Below are positions 14,801-27,783 of a DNA stretch of 54,551 nucleotides, one piece after another. Position 1 is the first letter of the stretch. Each line of letters begins with the position of its first letter. The position numbers were made by a program, and so were the translations under genes. Source of the DNA: Chromera velia (Eukaryota); assembly GCA_018398765.1 (NCBI GenBank), contig JAHBMJ010000158.1, positions 1 through 54,551 on the forward strand. The letters run 5' to 3'. The notes under the pieces are model-generated. The model searched no databases. It saw nothing but the letters and a program-made list of their open reading frames with translations, and was not told the DNA's origin.

Positions 14801-17800
14801 GCCTGTTTGGTCTGAAGAGGGTTTGCCTGATGTGGAAGTACTGTCTTTCGTCTTTCCGTTAGACGCGGCGGCAGAAGAAGAGGAGGAAGAAGAGCCAGCC
14901 GTCTCTGCTGACGGTCCCTTTGCGATTGTTCTCTTCCCCTTCTCGTCCTCCCCCTCTCTGTCCTTCTCCCGATCCCTAGGACCGCATCCTGCCAGCAGAG
15001 AACCAAACAGATTGGGAAAGTGAAACAAACCCCCTCCAGCAGACCCACTTGAGCTTCCAAACCCTGGCTGGGTAATAGAGGACGAAGAAGGGGGTGCTGC
15101 CGCTTGGGGTGGAGACGCTTGGGATGTTTTGGCTTTCGGTTGGGGTTGTTGAGGAGATTTCTCCTTCTTTTCCTCAGTTGTTGCCTTTCCTGGAACAATC
15201 GGTGACGTTCCAACGGCAGTCCGCGCTTTTGCTTTCGCTTTGGCCTTTGCTGAATGGACATGGGGGGACATCGGATGGGGGGGTGCGGTACTCTGCTTAG
15301 GCCGATTGGGGGGGCACTGCAGTTTGTCGAGAGAGTCTATCTGCTCTGCATGGAGACGGTCAGAGAGAGGACCGATGACAGATGCGAGAGCAGACTGCAC
15401 AAGGGCAGAGGACCTTTGCCGAAGGACCTCCCGCTCCCGCACTGCCGCGGGAGTTGTGAGCAGGGCCCTCTTTGCTGCAGCAGCGGAGATCGGCCGCACT
15501 TCAACTCCAGAGCTCTTCTCGAGATCGCAAGAAATTCGAATTTTCAGAGGTCGAGTGAGAGAACGGAGGTCTGAAAGGAGACTTGAGGGTGCGGCTTTTG
15601 ACCTCCCTCTCCCATCTCTTGCCGCCTCCCGGTCCATCAAATGGCCCATGTGGTGTGCAAGCCATGACGGGGGTCTCGGCCTGTCTCTGTCTCTGTCCCT
15701 CTCTCTCGCCTCTGCACTGTCACTCCCGCCCCCTCCCGCCTCACTTTCTTCCGCCGCAAGAGCTTTCGCCCTTCGGCTGGCATAGCTCGAAGAAGCTGCG
15801 AGAGAGACATGGAGGGGAAAGGCTGCTGCAGACCCACCGCTGATTCCGGACTCAGCGACGGTCATCAAATTGAGCGGTAGACTCTCAGTCTGTTGCAGTG
15901 CAGTCATGCACAGCTCAACTAAACGAATCAACCTGCTCATGTCGGCGTTTGCAAGCAGGAGGTCAAGTCGCCAGGGTTCCTTCTCAAACCCTGCAGACAT
16001 CCCTGAGGACGGTGCAAGTGCGTTCAGAAAAATCCACAGTCGAACAAAAGCCTCACTTCTGTCGTGGCTCTTGTAAGCCGACAGGGGGGCTCCGTCTGCG
16101 GACTTATCAGAAGGGGAAGGGACGACTTTTGCGAAGAGAAACTCGCACAGCGCTGCTGCGGTTCCAGAGGCGACAAATTCAAAGGGACATAGAGTGTCGG
16201 GATGCGAGAGGAGGTCGGAGAGTCGGCCGAGAAGGGTCCGGGCACGGTTGAGGCTGGCAAATTTCCCCCCCTCTTCCTCATGTGATTTCAAAAGGACGGT
16301 CTCGGTGATTTGACGGAATTCCGATCCACAGGCGCTCCACGCATTCACCAGAGAGAGCGGCCCGTCTTCCTCCTCCTGCCCACTCTTCTCTTCCGTCTCC
16401 TCTCCGATAGTCTCGGAGGGACTCTCCGAAAGGAGACGGCGTTGGCTGCCGAGCTCTCCCAACTCTAGGGCCACATCATCTAGTGACCGTTCGAAGTCGA
16501 GGGACCGCACGAGGAGACCTGTACCTGGAGACGGCGCAATGCCCCCAGGGAACTTATCCTGGCCTCCCCTGTGTGGTGTGGGGTGGCGCGATGCGGCTGA
16601 GGAGACCGCACCGGAGGAGACGGGCAAAGGCATCATGGGGGGCTCTAGGGGTGGGAGGCAGTCGAGTGTTGCAACATCTGCCATAATCGTATCACCCCCT
16701 GGGTCTTTCTCTTGGGGGCCAGTTGCCTCGTTGATTGTATAGAATTCAGAGAGAATCGAGGAGGACACCGAAGCGATTTCAGCAGACAGCGAAAGCGAGA
16801 AGACGGCAGGTGGTGCCGCAGTGGGGCTGTCTCCGTTCTTGTTCTCGGTAGAGGTTGGGACCCCGACCGCAGCTACTGCTGGGGGGGCTGCGGAACCCGC
16901 GTTTTCCTTTTCCTTCTCTTTGTTGTCTTTTCCCTTCGTTCCCCTGATCCCCCTGGGAGGAGGGAGGGAAGACCTGACAACTCCCATAGACTTCTTCTGA
17001 GACTGATCTGAGATTTGCCTCAAACTCTTCTCACCCCCTCCACCCTCCTGGTCCTCATCTACCCAATCTTCGTTTTCGCCGTCAAGAGAAGAGGCAAGCT
17101 CCTGTACGGCCGCAACAACCCCGTGACGGAGGAAGAGGGCCTTGAAGCTTCTTTGGATTCCCTTCGGTAGTCTCAGAACACCTGAGGGGGGGGAAGGACA
17201 GGGGGAGGGCGTGGGGGGTGCAGATACGGAGGGAAGCGAGGCCCTTCTCACCCTCTCCTCCCGCGTCTTTGCAATCTTCCCATCTGCCCTGAGGAGACGC
17301 TGAATGATCACGAGAGCACAGAGGACTACAGCCTCGCCTGCCCTCTCTCGCGCTGCTCCATGAAGGAGGGTTGCAAGGAACGCAGCCGTTGCAGAGGGGT
17401 TACATGCATCTGCAAAGAGCTCGGTGATCTGCTCAAGCGCCTTTCTTTCTGTCTCTGCAAATACTGCCAATTTGGCAGTTTCCTCCTCTGCCGCACCTGC
17501 AGCAGATGAAGAAGAGGACGTTTGTCCTTCTTCAGGGATCGTCTGCGTCTCCTGGACGGCCAGAAGCAGACAGCAAACCGCCAGCAGGTGAAGGGAGAGA
17601 GCCTTGACGGGCGCTGCCATCGAACTGTCGTAGATCTGGGTGGCCCTCGGAACGATCGCTCTGCAAGCACGGGTGTTGAATGAATGGAAAGACGGGAGGG
17701 AAGAGAAGAGGGAATTCTAAGTGCATGTTCTGGAGAGTGGAGACGCATTCAATGAAACAGAAAAAAACGAGCGGTAAGTCACCACGTTTACATATCCTGG

Positions 17801-18198
17801 GCGGACGTTCGTGTGTGGGTGGTGCAAGAAGGAAGGGAGCTGTGTGGGTGTAATTGACAACTGGAAGGAGGGCGCTGATTCTCTCGAGTGTGCATTTTGA
17901 TCGCATCATTTGCAGCGCTCACGTGTTCATACATACACTCTCCAACACAAGTAAGTACTTACTCGAGGATCGGGAGAAGGGCGTCGATCCTCTCCAGAGC
18001 CCATCGCGTTTTCCCTTCCTCCAGAATCACAAAGGAATCTCGTCCCTTCTTCTTTCCATCCGTCTTTTCCTCGTCCTTCTCAGCAGCGGGAAGAGAGGCA
18101 GCGGAAGGTGCGATGACCAGAGGCGGAAGAAGGGCAGCACAGAGGTGCAACAGCCTCAAAGAGAGCGCACTGTCGGTAGCCGACGTCGAGCCCCACTG

Positions 18199-18234
<36 letters not shown>

Positions 18235-18388
18235 CGAAGGGGAGGAGAGGAAGGGACCCAAAACGTCCCATTCACGGCAGGCAGCAGACTTCTTCCTTCG
18301 AAAAATCATCTGCTTGCGAGTTGAGACAACCGGATTACAATTCCACCAACGCACCTACGTACAACTCCATCCAGACCCCGCACACACA

Positions 18389-18424
<36 letters not shown>

Positions 18425-19660
18425 NNNNNNNNNNNNNNNNNNNNNNNNNNNNNNNNNNNGGGGGGGGGGGGGGAAAGTTGCTCAAACACCTGTCGGTCTG
18501 TACTTGCCTGCATGACCGTCCGCCTCTCTCTTTTTTTCTGTCTTGTCTGTGTGTCTGTCTGTCTGTCCGTCCGTCTGTCTGTCTGTCTGTGCGCTCAGAC
18601 TTACCACTGCCTCAATGCATTTTTTGAGGATCGCAGGGAGTCCCCTCTCGACAGCGCTGTTCCGAAGTGTTGCCGAATACTCACAGAAGGCGCTGAGCAC
18701 ATACAGGCAATCATCTAAGACAGCCTGGGGAGGGGGCGAAGACCCCGCCCCCCCACCGCCGAGTGCCGTCTCGAGAAGTTCGATGCTCTTTGACAGCGCC
18801 CCCCCGTCTGCGATGTCATCCATCACTTCTCCGAGACGCGTCCACGAACGGAACCCCGAAGAAGGGCCTGCTGACGTCTTGTCAGCACTCACACTCTCTC
18901 CTTCACTCGGCGACCTTCGTGTCATCGAACTGCCGTCTCCCGCACTGGCACTCCGGGTGCACCCAGAAGCAGAGGGCCCCCCTCCCCCCCCTGCAGTCGC
19001 TGCGGCAGCGAGTTTGGAGGCCACAGAGAGAGCGGCGTCGTCAGGGGCAAAAATAACAACCAGGTTGTCCACCAGAGACCGCCACAGAGAGGATGCACTC
19101 TGCATTGCATACATACATACAAATGGGTATGGCTTCTTGTACACACGGTCGTGCAGGCTACTACTGCGACCACTAGATGAAGAAGGAGAGATTGCCGAGA
19201 GAAAACGCTTTGCATCACGAATCGGAAGGTTATACCTCGTTGGAATTAGGGGTTTAAAAAAGCTCTCTCGGCGGCTCTTTTGTTTGTTTTCTTTTTCTGT
19301 TCTGGAGGAAGGGGGAAGCTCAACTTTCCTACGGAGTCGATCTGCCTGCCTGTCTGCCCGCCTGATTGCGCCACTGACTTGAAGGAGCCTGGAGTCCGAG
19401 TGCGACAGGAGCTGTGTGATGAGGGGGAGGACAGGTTTGACGAACTCCCGAAATTCCTTCGCACTTTGCATCGAGCGAATTACATCTGCAAGCATCCATC
19501 CATCCATCCATGCATCCATCCATCCATCACCGACAAAGATCTTCACACTCTCGGCACATCAACCCACCCACCCCACACACATTCGTTTGCAAGAGGGGAA
19601 AATCCTCACCAGATAGCCCATGCCATAGCCGCTGCCTGCCTGAATTGATGCGGCCACATG

Positions 19661-19713
<53 letters not shown>

Positions 19714-22700
19714 GAGGCAGAAACAGAAAAACAGAGCATGCACACTGACTTCCTGCTGTCCCCACGGCCTGTCTCTGCACCGCAATGCCGAAAAAGTCGA
19801 CGAAGGTGAGAAGAGCCGTCAGCCCTCCCGCTCGGAGCACGGCCCCCGGCTGCTCCTCTGCCAATTTCTCCAGCAGCTGCATATACATATGGTACACAGA
19901 CACGCACAGAGAGGACAAAGAAGAAACAGATAACGCGCCGGAAAGTGCGAAGACTACGAAAGAGAACAGAGCTTCTCATCCGAAATCAGTCGGACTATTG
20001 CCCAGAAGACTGTTTGTTTTCTGGCTTGTTGCAGGACACGGACCAGAAGGGGAAGGAGAAAAAACAAGCCTACCGACTTCTCCAGGCACTCACAGACAGA
20101 CAGACCGACTCTCCCTCCCTCCCACCTACCGACCGAAAGGATCTGTTCAGCCAGGTCAATGTACTCGATTGTCTCCAGTTTCTTGCACATTACAGGAAGG
20201 CCCTCTGCAGAAAAACACGCAGCAGTCACATTTTTTGTTTTTTTCCTCAGCTGAGAGAGACCGCAGATGGATCCGTGAAGAAAACACTGTTCATGGAGAC
20301 TCGCCGAGAAGAAAAAGGAAAGCGAAAGAACGATAATCGGGTAAGGGACACTTCCCACTCCCTCACTGACCTGCACAGTAATGTAAGTGGAAGTGAATTC
20401 GACACACAACAAAACACAATAAAGAACATCAGACACCGCCACTAAAACAGGAGGACAACTGGTCGATTGGCTGACTGACCGTGTTGTACAATCAGAGAAG
20501 CGGAGGGCGGGAAAATGTCCACGAGACTGTAGAGGCACCGTGCGGCCAGAATCATTCGGTTAGCAGTGGCAGGGTCCATTCCCATCCCGCCCCCCGCCAT
20601 CCCCCCGTCCGAGGCCGCCGCCGCTGCTTGAGAGAGCCCTCCAAGGGACAAGCCGAGAGCAGAGAGAACAGAAGGATCAAGGTCTCCCATGTCTGCCGCA
20701 AACTGTAGAGCAAGAAGGTCGTTTTCATCCTGCAGATTCAGAGCCAGACCGAGACCTTCGCCGGAAGAAGAGGCAGAAGCAGAAGAAGAACTCCCCCCCC
20801 CCACACGACCGCTCTCGTCTCCTCTTCCACCTGGTGCCCCTTCCCCTTCTCCCTCTTCGTCATCTCTGCCCTCATCACTGCCTTCACTCTCTGACGAATC
20901 ATCTCCCTCGTCATCGTCATCGTCTCCGTCGTCGTCAGGAGCAGGGGCTGGAGCTGAGGAGACGGGGGGCGCGGCTGAGGAACTCGCGGAAGCGGACGAA
21001 TCTGCTTCAGCTGCCGCAGCAGCCGCTACGGAAGCAGTCCCTTCTCCCGTCTCTTCCTTTTTGCCTTCCTCCGGCCCTTTCTCCGCTGTTGCTTCCTTCT
21101 TTTCATCGGAAGCGGAAGGGGGGGAGGCAGCAGAACCCATGGTTACGTCGCCGTCTCCCTCTCTCTCTTTTGGAGCACTGCTGCTTGCAGAAGGATCGGC
21201 CCCCGCACTCTCGCTTTTCTTGTCGGTCTGCTTTGCCTTGTCGTCGTTCTTTTTTGTTTTGGCGCCTTTTGCAAGCTTGCCCGATGATCTCCTGGTTCCT
21301 TCTTGTTTCTCTTGTTTTTCCTTCTCCTCCTTTTTCTCTTTTTCCTTCTTCTCCTTTTCTTCCTTTTCCTTTCGTTGCCTCTCCTTCTCCTTCTTCTGTC
21401 TCTCCTCCTCGGCAGCCTCCGAGGGATTCACGGGACGCTTCCCTTCTAAAATTGCAATGAGGACAGGGAGGAAGGCTGACAAAGGAAAGGAAGCCAGGTG
21501 GTCCTCTGTGGAGAAGGATAATTGCTGTGAGAGCTCTGCAAGCGCGGAGGCCTGGCGCTCTCGTTCACGCGCATTCAGACCATCACCTCCAGCTGCCCCC
21601 CCCGGTCGACTCCCCCCCTTCTCCTTGGAGGGACCTCCACACAATTCATCCAACACACGCTGCCATCGACTACTTACTCGAACCGCCCCCGGCCCGTCTC
21701 TATCTCTGTCACTATCACCGTAACGAGAACGGAAGAGACGGGAGGAAGTCGGGACACCTCCGAGACCTCCAAGAAGAGCAGACCCACCCATAGGAAATCT
21801 GTCGGCAGACGGGCCACCAAGAGAAGAGGTAAGAGATTCCAATTCCCTCCTTCTGGCCTCTCTTTCTCTCTCCCTCTCTGCCTCACGGTCGTTCTTCTCT
21901 TTCTCTTGTTTTTTCTTCTCTTCTTCTTTCTCTCTCTCTTTCTCCGTCTCGTCCTCGTTCTCTTCTTCCTTATCAGCCTTTTCTGCTCGTCTCTTAGAAA
22001 TGGTGGAAGACGAAGAAGATGGGTTCAAGACAATCTTCCCAGAAGCAGAAGAGGAAGAGGACGCATTCTGTTTGTCTTTATCTCCCGGGGACGTGCTCTC
22101 CTTCGCCCCTTTCTGTCCTCCTGATGGTGGTGTCTTTTTCTCTTTCACGGGGCCTGACTTTCCGGGACCAGAGTTTTTCTCTTTTTCCTTATCCGACTTC
22201 CCCCCACCACTCTCACGGCTCTCAGCACTGTCTCTCCCGTCTCCCCCCTCTGCTGCAAGGACCCCCTCACCCTCCTCATTCTCAACCGCATCATCACGAG
22301 CGCGCCCGCCCCGCCCCCGTCCCCCCCGGCCTCTCCCCCCCCGGTATGCATTTCCCCTCCCCCCCCTGCCCCCTCCCAACTGATCAGGAGACAGGGGTGG
22401 CGGGACACAGGCACCTCCACCCCCCCCAACGCGACTCTTCATTCCGGATGAACCCCCCGAACCTAGAGAAGAGCCCCCACGGGAGGGGCCTGCACCCCCA
22501 CGAGTTCGTGAAGGGGGGTCAAACACCCCCCCTCCCCCTCCCCGAGAATTGCCCCCCCGGGATCCTGACCCAGACCCCCCACGCGAGGAAACAGAGAGGG
22601 AGACCGCACGATCACCCCTGTCGTCCCCCCCCCCAGGACCTGACGACTGTCCGGATCCCGGAGGACAAAGACCATCCGAATCCGCGGCTTGATTTTGTTT

Positions 22701-24331
22701 TCCCCTCGCACGCTCTGCTCGAGTTCGTGCACCTCTCTCTCCTCCCGGTGGTCCTCCCTTCTCTCTCTCTTTGTCCTTCTTTTCATTTGCCTTGCTCTGG
22801 TCAGCATCCCCTTCTTGCGCTTGGCTACCGTTTCTCAAAGAATCAGACGAACCGCCTGCATGGGCAAGAGAAGAATACGGATTGTTCCATGAAAGACAAT
22901 ATGCATACGACCATGCTGAGCCGGTTCTCAAGGAAGTGACGGAGATCCAAAAGAGTCGAGAGGTCATAAGGGGCACACCAAGGGAGCATCGACAGCATTG
23001 ATTGCCGAAGAGGACCCAGAAAAGAAAAAGCTGATGAAGACGGGAATGAACGAGAAAGAGCCGGGGACTGAAGCACAAATCGGCCGCAGGCACGGTGCGT
23101 GAAGACATGAGGCAGAGAGACGACCAGCCGCCGGAAGAACACACACACATACGCACACAGGCACACACACACACACACACAGCGGACCAACTCACGAAGA
23201 GTTCGTGGACAGACATTTTGGGCGCGGGAGAGAACTGCCACACACAAGGCACACCAACGAAAGGCAGATTTTAAAAAGGACGAGGGGCGAAGAGTTGATT
23301 ATCGATCAACCCACAAACTAACCTTGATCTTGAGGTCGAGACATGCTCCTGTTCTTCCTCGGTTTCTCCTCCTTTTCCTTCTCGATACTTCTGTTACTGC
23401 TACTGCTACTACTGGACGGACTGGGTACTGATTGCTCCCTTTCCCTTTTCCGTTCCCCGTCTCTGTCACGTCGCGACCTTTTCGGTCGGGAAGCGCCAGA
23501 AGAAGACGAAGACGAAGAAGACGATGAAAAGGAGACAGAAGACGAGACAAGTAAACCAGACGAGACGGCACTGTCAATGCCACCACTGTCTCCGTCTTCC
23601 GCTGTGAGCGTCGACTTAAACTTTCCGTCTCCTGCGCCCCCCTTCTCCAGCCCTTCTCTCAATCTCCTACTAGTTCGGAGAGGTCCTTTCTCTCTTTCAA
23701 TGTCCCTCTTGGATTCTTTCTTTTTCTTTTGCCTCTCGTCCTTTTGTTCTCCCTTCGGATTTTCTTTTAAAACTCTTTTTCCCTTCTCTGCCCCCGTCAA
23801 ACCGTTGCCTGCGCCTTTACCCGCCCCGTGCTCGTCCCGTTTCTCTGTCGCCTGAGACGCGAGACGCGGACACCGTCGGAGGTGCAGAATCGGATTGGCT
23901 GATGAAGAAGAAGACGAAGAGGAAGAAGATGACTCGACTTCCCTTTCCCCTTCTCGCCCTTTCTCCTCTTCACTGACTGCTCTGCGCGACCGCTTCAAAG
24001 GAGCTACAGCACTCACCCCCTCCGCTTCTGCCACAAGTGCAGAAGAAGAAGACGAGGATGCCGACTGATTTGTTTGAGTGGGATCTGACGAAGCAGACAA
24101 AGAAATGAAATTTGCCGAAGTGTCTCCCCTCTCTTTCTCTTCTTCCTCCACCGCTGTCTTGTTTCGTTTTCTTCCGGTTACTCTCCTCCCTCTCGTGTCC
24201 TCGTGCTGACTCGAGCCCGAGAGAGACGACTGCAGATTCGTTCCTGTTCCTGCTCCTCCTTCGTTGGCGTTGCCTCCTGTGGAAGACCCAGACCCGGAAG
24301 AAGTCTTAGAGGGGACTTTCCGGGGTGACAT
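5799..24331 (-). CDS. HECT-type E3 ubiquitin ligase, TRIP12/UPL3/Ufd4 family (ARM repeats plus HECT), about 17 exons, roughly 4,300 aa by exon-length estimate
   Basis: ARM region [154 protein letters not shown]; last exon 5799-5991 [19 protein letters not shown]...[12 protein letters not shown] with the catalytic Cys. GT-AG junctions checked for the last exons (6811-6974, 6435-6569, 5799-5991). Start Met at 24331 is inferred. Confidence 0.93.
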
Positions 24332-25220
24332 ACATGGAAGTCTTTTGGTCCAAGTGAGTGGGGACGTTCGCGTCTTTTTCTTTGCCTAAGCAAGGCTGAA
24401 GTCGAACGCACAGCCGCTCTCCAAGCAAGTGACGAAAACAGACACAGCTCGGTTGGACGCAGATCAAGCTTGCCTGAAATTAAGTGTCTTCTCTACAGGC
24501 AGGTATTACTGAATTCAAGAAGGCGAGGCGGATTTCTTTCTGGACGTTTCTCAACACTGCATGCCACCATTGAATCGACATGAAATCCTCTCACTTGTTT
24601 CAGTCCACAGAGACATTCGAAATCATTTGAGTGAAGAGGTCGGAGACGAACAAACTTTTTGTGGCCACGCGAAAATTGCATGTGTCGGCAAGATTTTGCG
24701 TGCGTCGGCCGGTCAGGACAAGACCGCGCGCGCACCATCGCGCAGTTTTCGTGAGCCGTCTCCGCTGGAGACGGGAAATTAATGACGGGATTCAAGCACA
24801 GCCAGTGTCAGATTCAAGCAAATTGAGTTCATGGCAACTTCATGCGTCGATCGGAGCTCGTGCTGCTCGTCTGTCTCGGGATCGGTGGACGACGACCCCC
24901 AGTCATTCTCTTGACAGGATTCACCTTCATCCGCAGGTTCTCATGTGTGGCAATTGCTCTCGCAAAGGTTGATGAGAATGCAAGTGACTCAGCAGGATAT
25001 CATAAGCCGGTTGCGGAGTTACTTCCACCTGCGTATCGAGCAAAGATGTTGATCCCGCTGGGGGCGCCTGCGTGCTCCGTCTACTTGACGTACAGATACC
25101 AGCGCTTTCTTCAATGTTCGCTTAAATATCTTTTCGGAAGAGCTTGACTATCAAACGTCTTCCTGGTATCTGGGACGCTTCAGAAGACGAGAACCGAGTC
25201 TCTCGACCAGCTGAGGAAAG
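24332..25220. promoter_or_regulatory. Head-to-head intergenic region (putative bidirectional promoter) between the HECT ligase and rpS8
   Basis: Divergent ATGs about 890 bp apart; no specific element proven. Confidence 0.45.
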
Positions 25221-27404
25221 ATGCAGCACGCTTGTGAGATGGTTGTAAGTCTGATGAAGACAGAGGCCCTTGAACAGAAATGCGTTTTCACACCCTTCAA
25301 CGTCCAGATTCTGAACCTTCTCACCAGGGAGGGCTACATTCGGGGATTCAGAGCTGAGGGAAGGAAGATCCGAATTCTTCTCAAACACTATCAAGGTCTG
25401 TCTCTCAATCAGTCAGTTCAGTCACCCAGTCAGTCACTCACTCAGTCAGTCCTTCAGTAACTCACTCAGTCAGTCAGTCACTCACTCACTCACTCACTAC
25501 TCACCCACTCACTCACTCAGTTCAGTCAGTCCGTCAGGCACTCAGTCAGGCAGTCTGTCAGTTAGTCAGTCACTCAGTCAGTTCAGTCAGTCAGTCACTC
25601 AGTCAGTTCAGTCAGTCAGTCACTCAGTGAGCCACTAAGTGAGCAAATCAGCGAGCCGGTCAGCCAATCATTCAGCGGGTTGTCCTTCAGTCGGGTAGTC
25701 AGTAAGTACGTCAGTCCAGCCAGTCAATACTCGCCGAGGCAGTCTGGCAGTCAGCCAGGAGGTACGGTGTCATTAATGTGGATCCATGAGCAAGCAAGAT
25801 TCAAGAAAAGCGAGTGAGTGGGTCGATGAATCATTGAGTGGCTGCCTGCCTGCCTCCCTGCCTGTCTGCATACATGACTGACTGAGTGAACGACTGAGCC
25901 AGAGAGGCATTGTCACACGATGAACGAATGAGTCATTGGCTGACCTTTTTGTGATTCCCTCTCCGTATTAAATTTGATTGACTCGACCCCCAGTTTCCCT
26001 TCCCGCCGCAACCAGAAGATGCGAGCCGTGTGCGTGTCAGTTCATCTGCACACCACGGACCCAAGTGCGCATCTTCTGTCTGTTGCTCCTGTGGGAGATA
26101 CTCTTTCTCCAATGCCGAAGGCATTCATTCAACTGTGAAGGAATAATTCGTCGTGCCTCTCACTGCCGTCAAAGTATCTGAGTCTTTGGCTGAGTAGTGA
26201 GGGAATGATTGAGCATGACCTCAACAAGGCGGTGGCAGAATAAGGGCACAGCCAGAGGGAAGGACCCATTGCCAAGGTTCTGGTGAACGATCGCGTCAAG
26301 AGAGGCATGGATTCAAGATCGTGTTCATTCTTGCAGCGCCACGGTCTGCCTGAGGGTCTCTCTGCGCGGGCATGACCTGGCCTGATAACGAATGCTGACG
26401 TTTCTCCTGTCGCCCTACTGAACCATTCGTCCATACACGCAACCTTGATTCGCAGCTTTTCTTCTTCTCTGAACGAAGTTCAGGGTGGTCTTCTGCCTCC
26501 GAGTCCCGGTCTCTTCATGTGCACCCGACGGCTGAGGTGCAGACGCTCTCAGTCGTCTGGGGTCTGGCTCTTTCTTTCCCTTGATTTCCTCGCTAGTCAT
26601 TGTGACAGATTCCCAGACCAATTCAGTCTCCTTCCTTCCTTCCTTCCGTCCCAACCCTTCCGAAAACAAACCTGCCTGCAGGTGCTCCTGTGATCCGGAA
26701 CGTTCGCGTCGTCTCCAAACCGTCGCGGGACATCTGGGTCACTCCCTACGAATTGAAGTTCCGAACACGATTCAATACAGGTAGGTCGGTCATTCGGAAA
26801 GTGAGCTGCTTGGAGACTTCGTCGCATGTGTTTAGTGTGTGTTTGGCTGCCTGGGTCTTCTGTTGGTTGGTTGTGCATTTCCTGGTAGCTGTTTTGTTTG
26901 CTGAGTCACGTTCTCTGCGGCACTACCGACAAAAACAGCATTCTGGTACTTGAGCGCTTCGAGGGCCCCAACTCACCAGATATCAATATTCTCTCATTCT
27001 GCTGGCATGAATTTAAATCTCTCATTGGTCTCAAACGCCTGCCTCCAGCCTAATCAACAAGAGAAACGCGGGGTTGGCAGACTTGGATTCATCGCGTTAT
27101 GGGGGGTCTATACATTTACCCGCGAATCGGACTTTTAAATGATTGGTGGTGAGGGCCTGTGATGAGGATGGGTAGTCGGAGGGCAGAAATTCAATGAGGT
27201 TGAAAAGAATTGAGAGAAAATTTGGTGCAAGCGTGCAAAACAACGCATCTACACGCATGTACACGCGTATGGAATAATGTCATTGCAGGCATGTGGGTAG
27301 TGCAAACACCTGTCGGGGTGACCTCACACCGCGACTGTATTCGCATGGGTATCGGGGGAAAAATGATTTTTGCGGTCAACAACGGGTACCAACATTTTTC
27401 ATAG
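25221..27404 (+). CDS. rps8: Ribosomal protein S8 (uS8), probably mitochondrial; exons 25221-25395, 26682-26780, 27289-27404
   Basis: Spliced product MQHACEM...QILNLLTREGYIRGF...IRILLKHYQG/APVIRNVRVVSKPSRDIWVTPYEL...NTG/MWVVQTPVGVTSHRDCIRMGIGGKMIFAV matches bacterial-type uS8 motifs (L.EGYI, ISKPS, ST..G.....C....IGG); both introns GT-AG, phase 1. Confidence 0.9.
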
Positions 27405-27783
27405 CCAAATGCATCAGACTCGGGAACGCATCCTAGATTCAAAACTTCAAGAATTTAAAGCTCGTGTTGATTCTGGTTGTTCCTGTAAAAAGTGATTGAT
27501 TATGATTGAGGGTTCGATATGCATGCCGCGTCCCCATGAATACATATTACATAAATGTTACATAAAAAGGACTAGCAGACTTAGCCAACTTTAATTGTTC
27601 AATTTGTTTTTCTTTTATTGAATTTTAATCCATGCAATTATCATTGAATTATGACTAACCATGAAGGATGTCCATGAGCATGACCCCACCAAAAGGGGAT
27701 TCCGAAGAGAGTCAGACTGAGACTCAGTGTGAAAAACGAAAAACCGAGACCGCAGATTCTCCAAAAATTCATTCCCCCTCACA

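Noticed and set aside
19745..19760. Apparent non-canonical GA splice donor in the HECT ARM region
   Set aside because: A canonical GT donor three bases further on gives in-frame TAGNVIR, matching the family pattern
13203..23855. Long plus-strand ORFs (13203-13916, 18543-19382, 20689-21723, 22019-22939 and others)
   Set aside because: Antisense shadows of GC-rich HECT exons, with no motifs of their own
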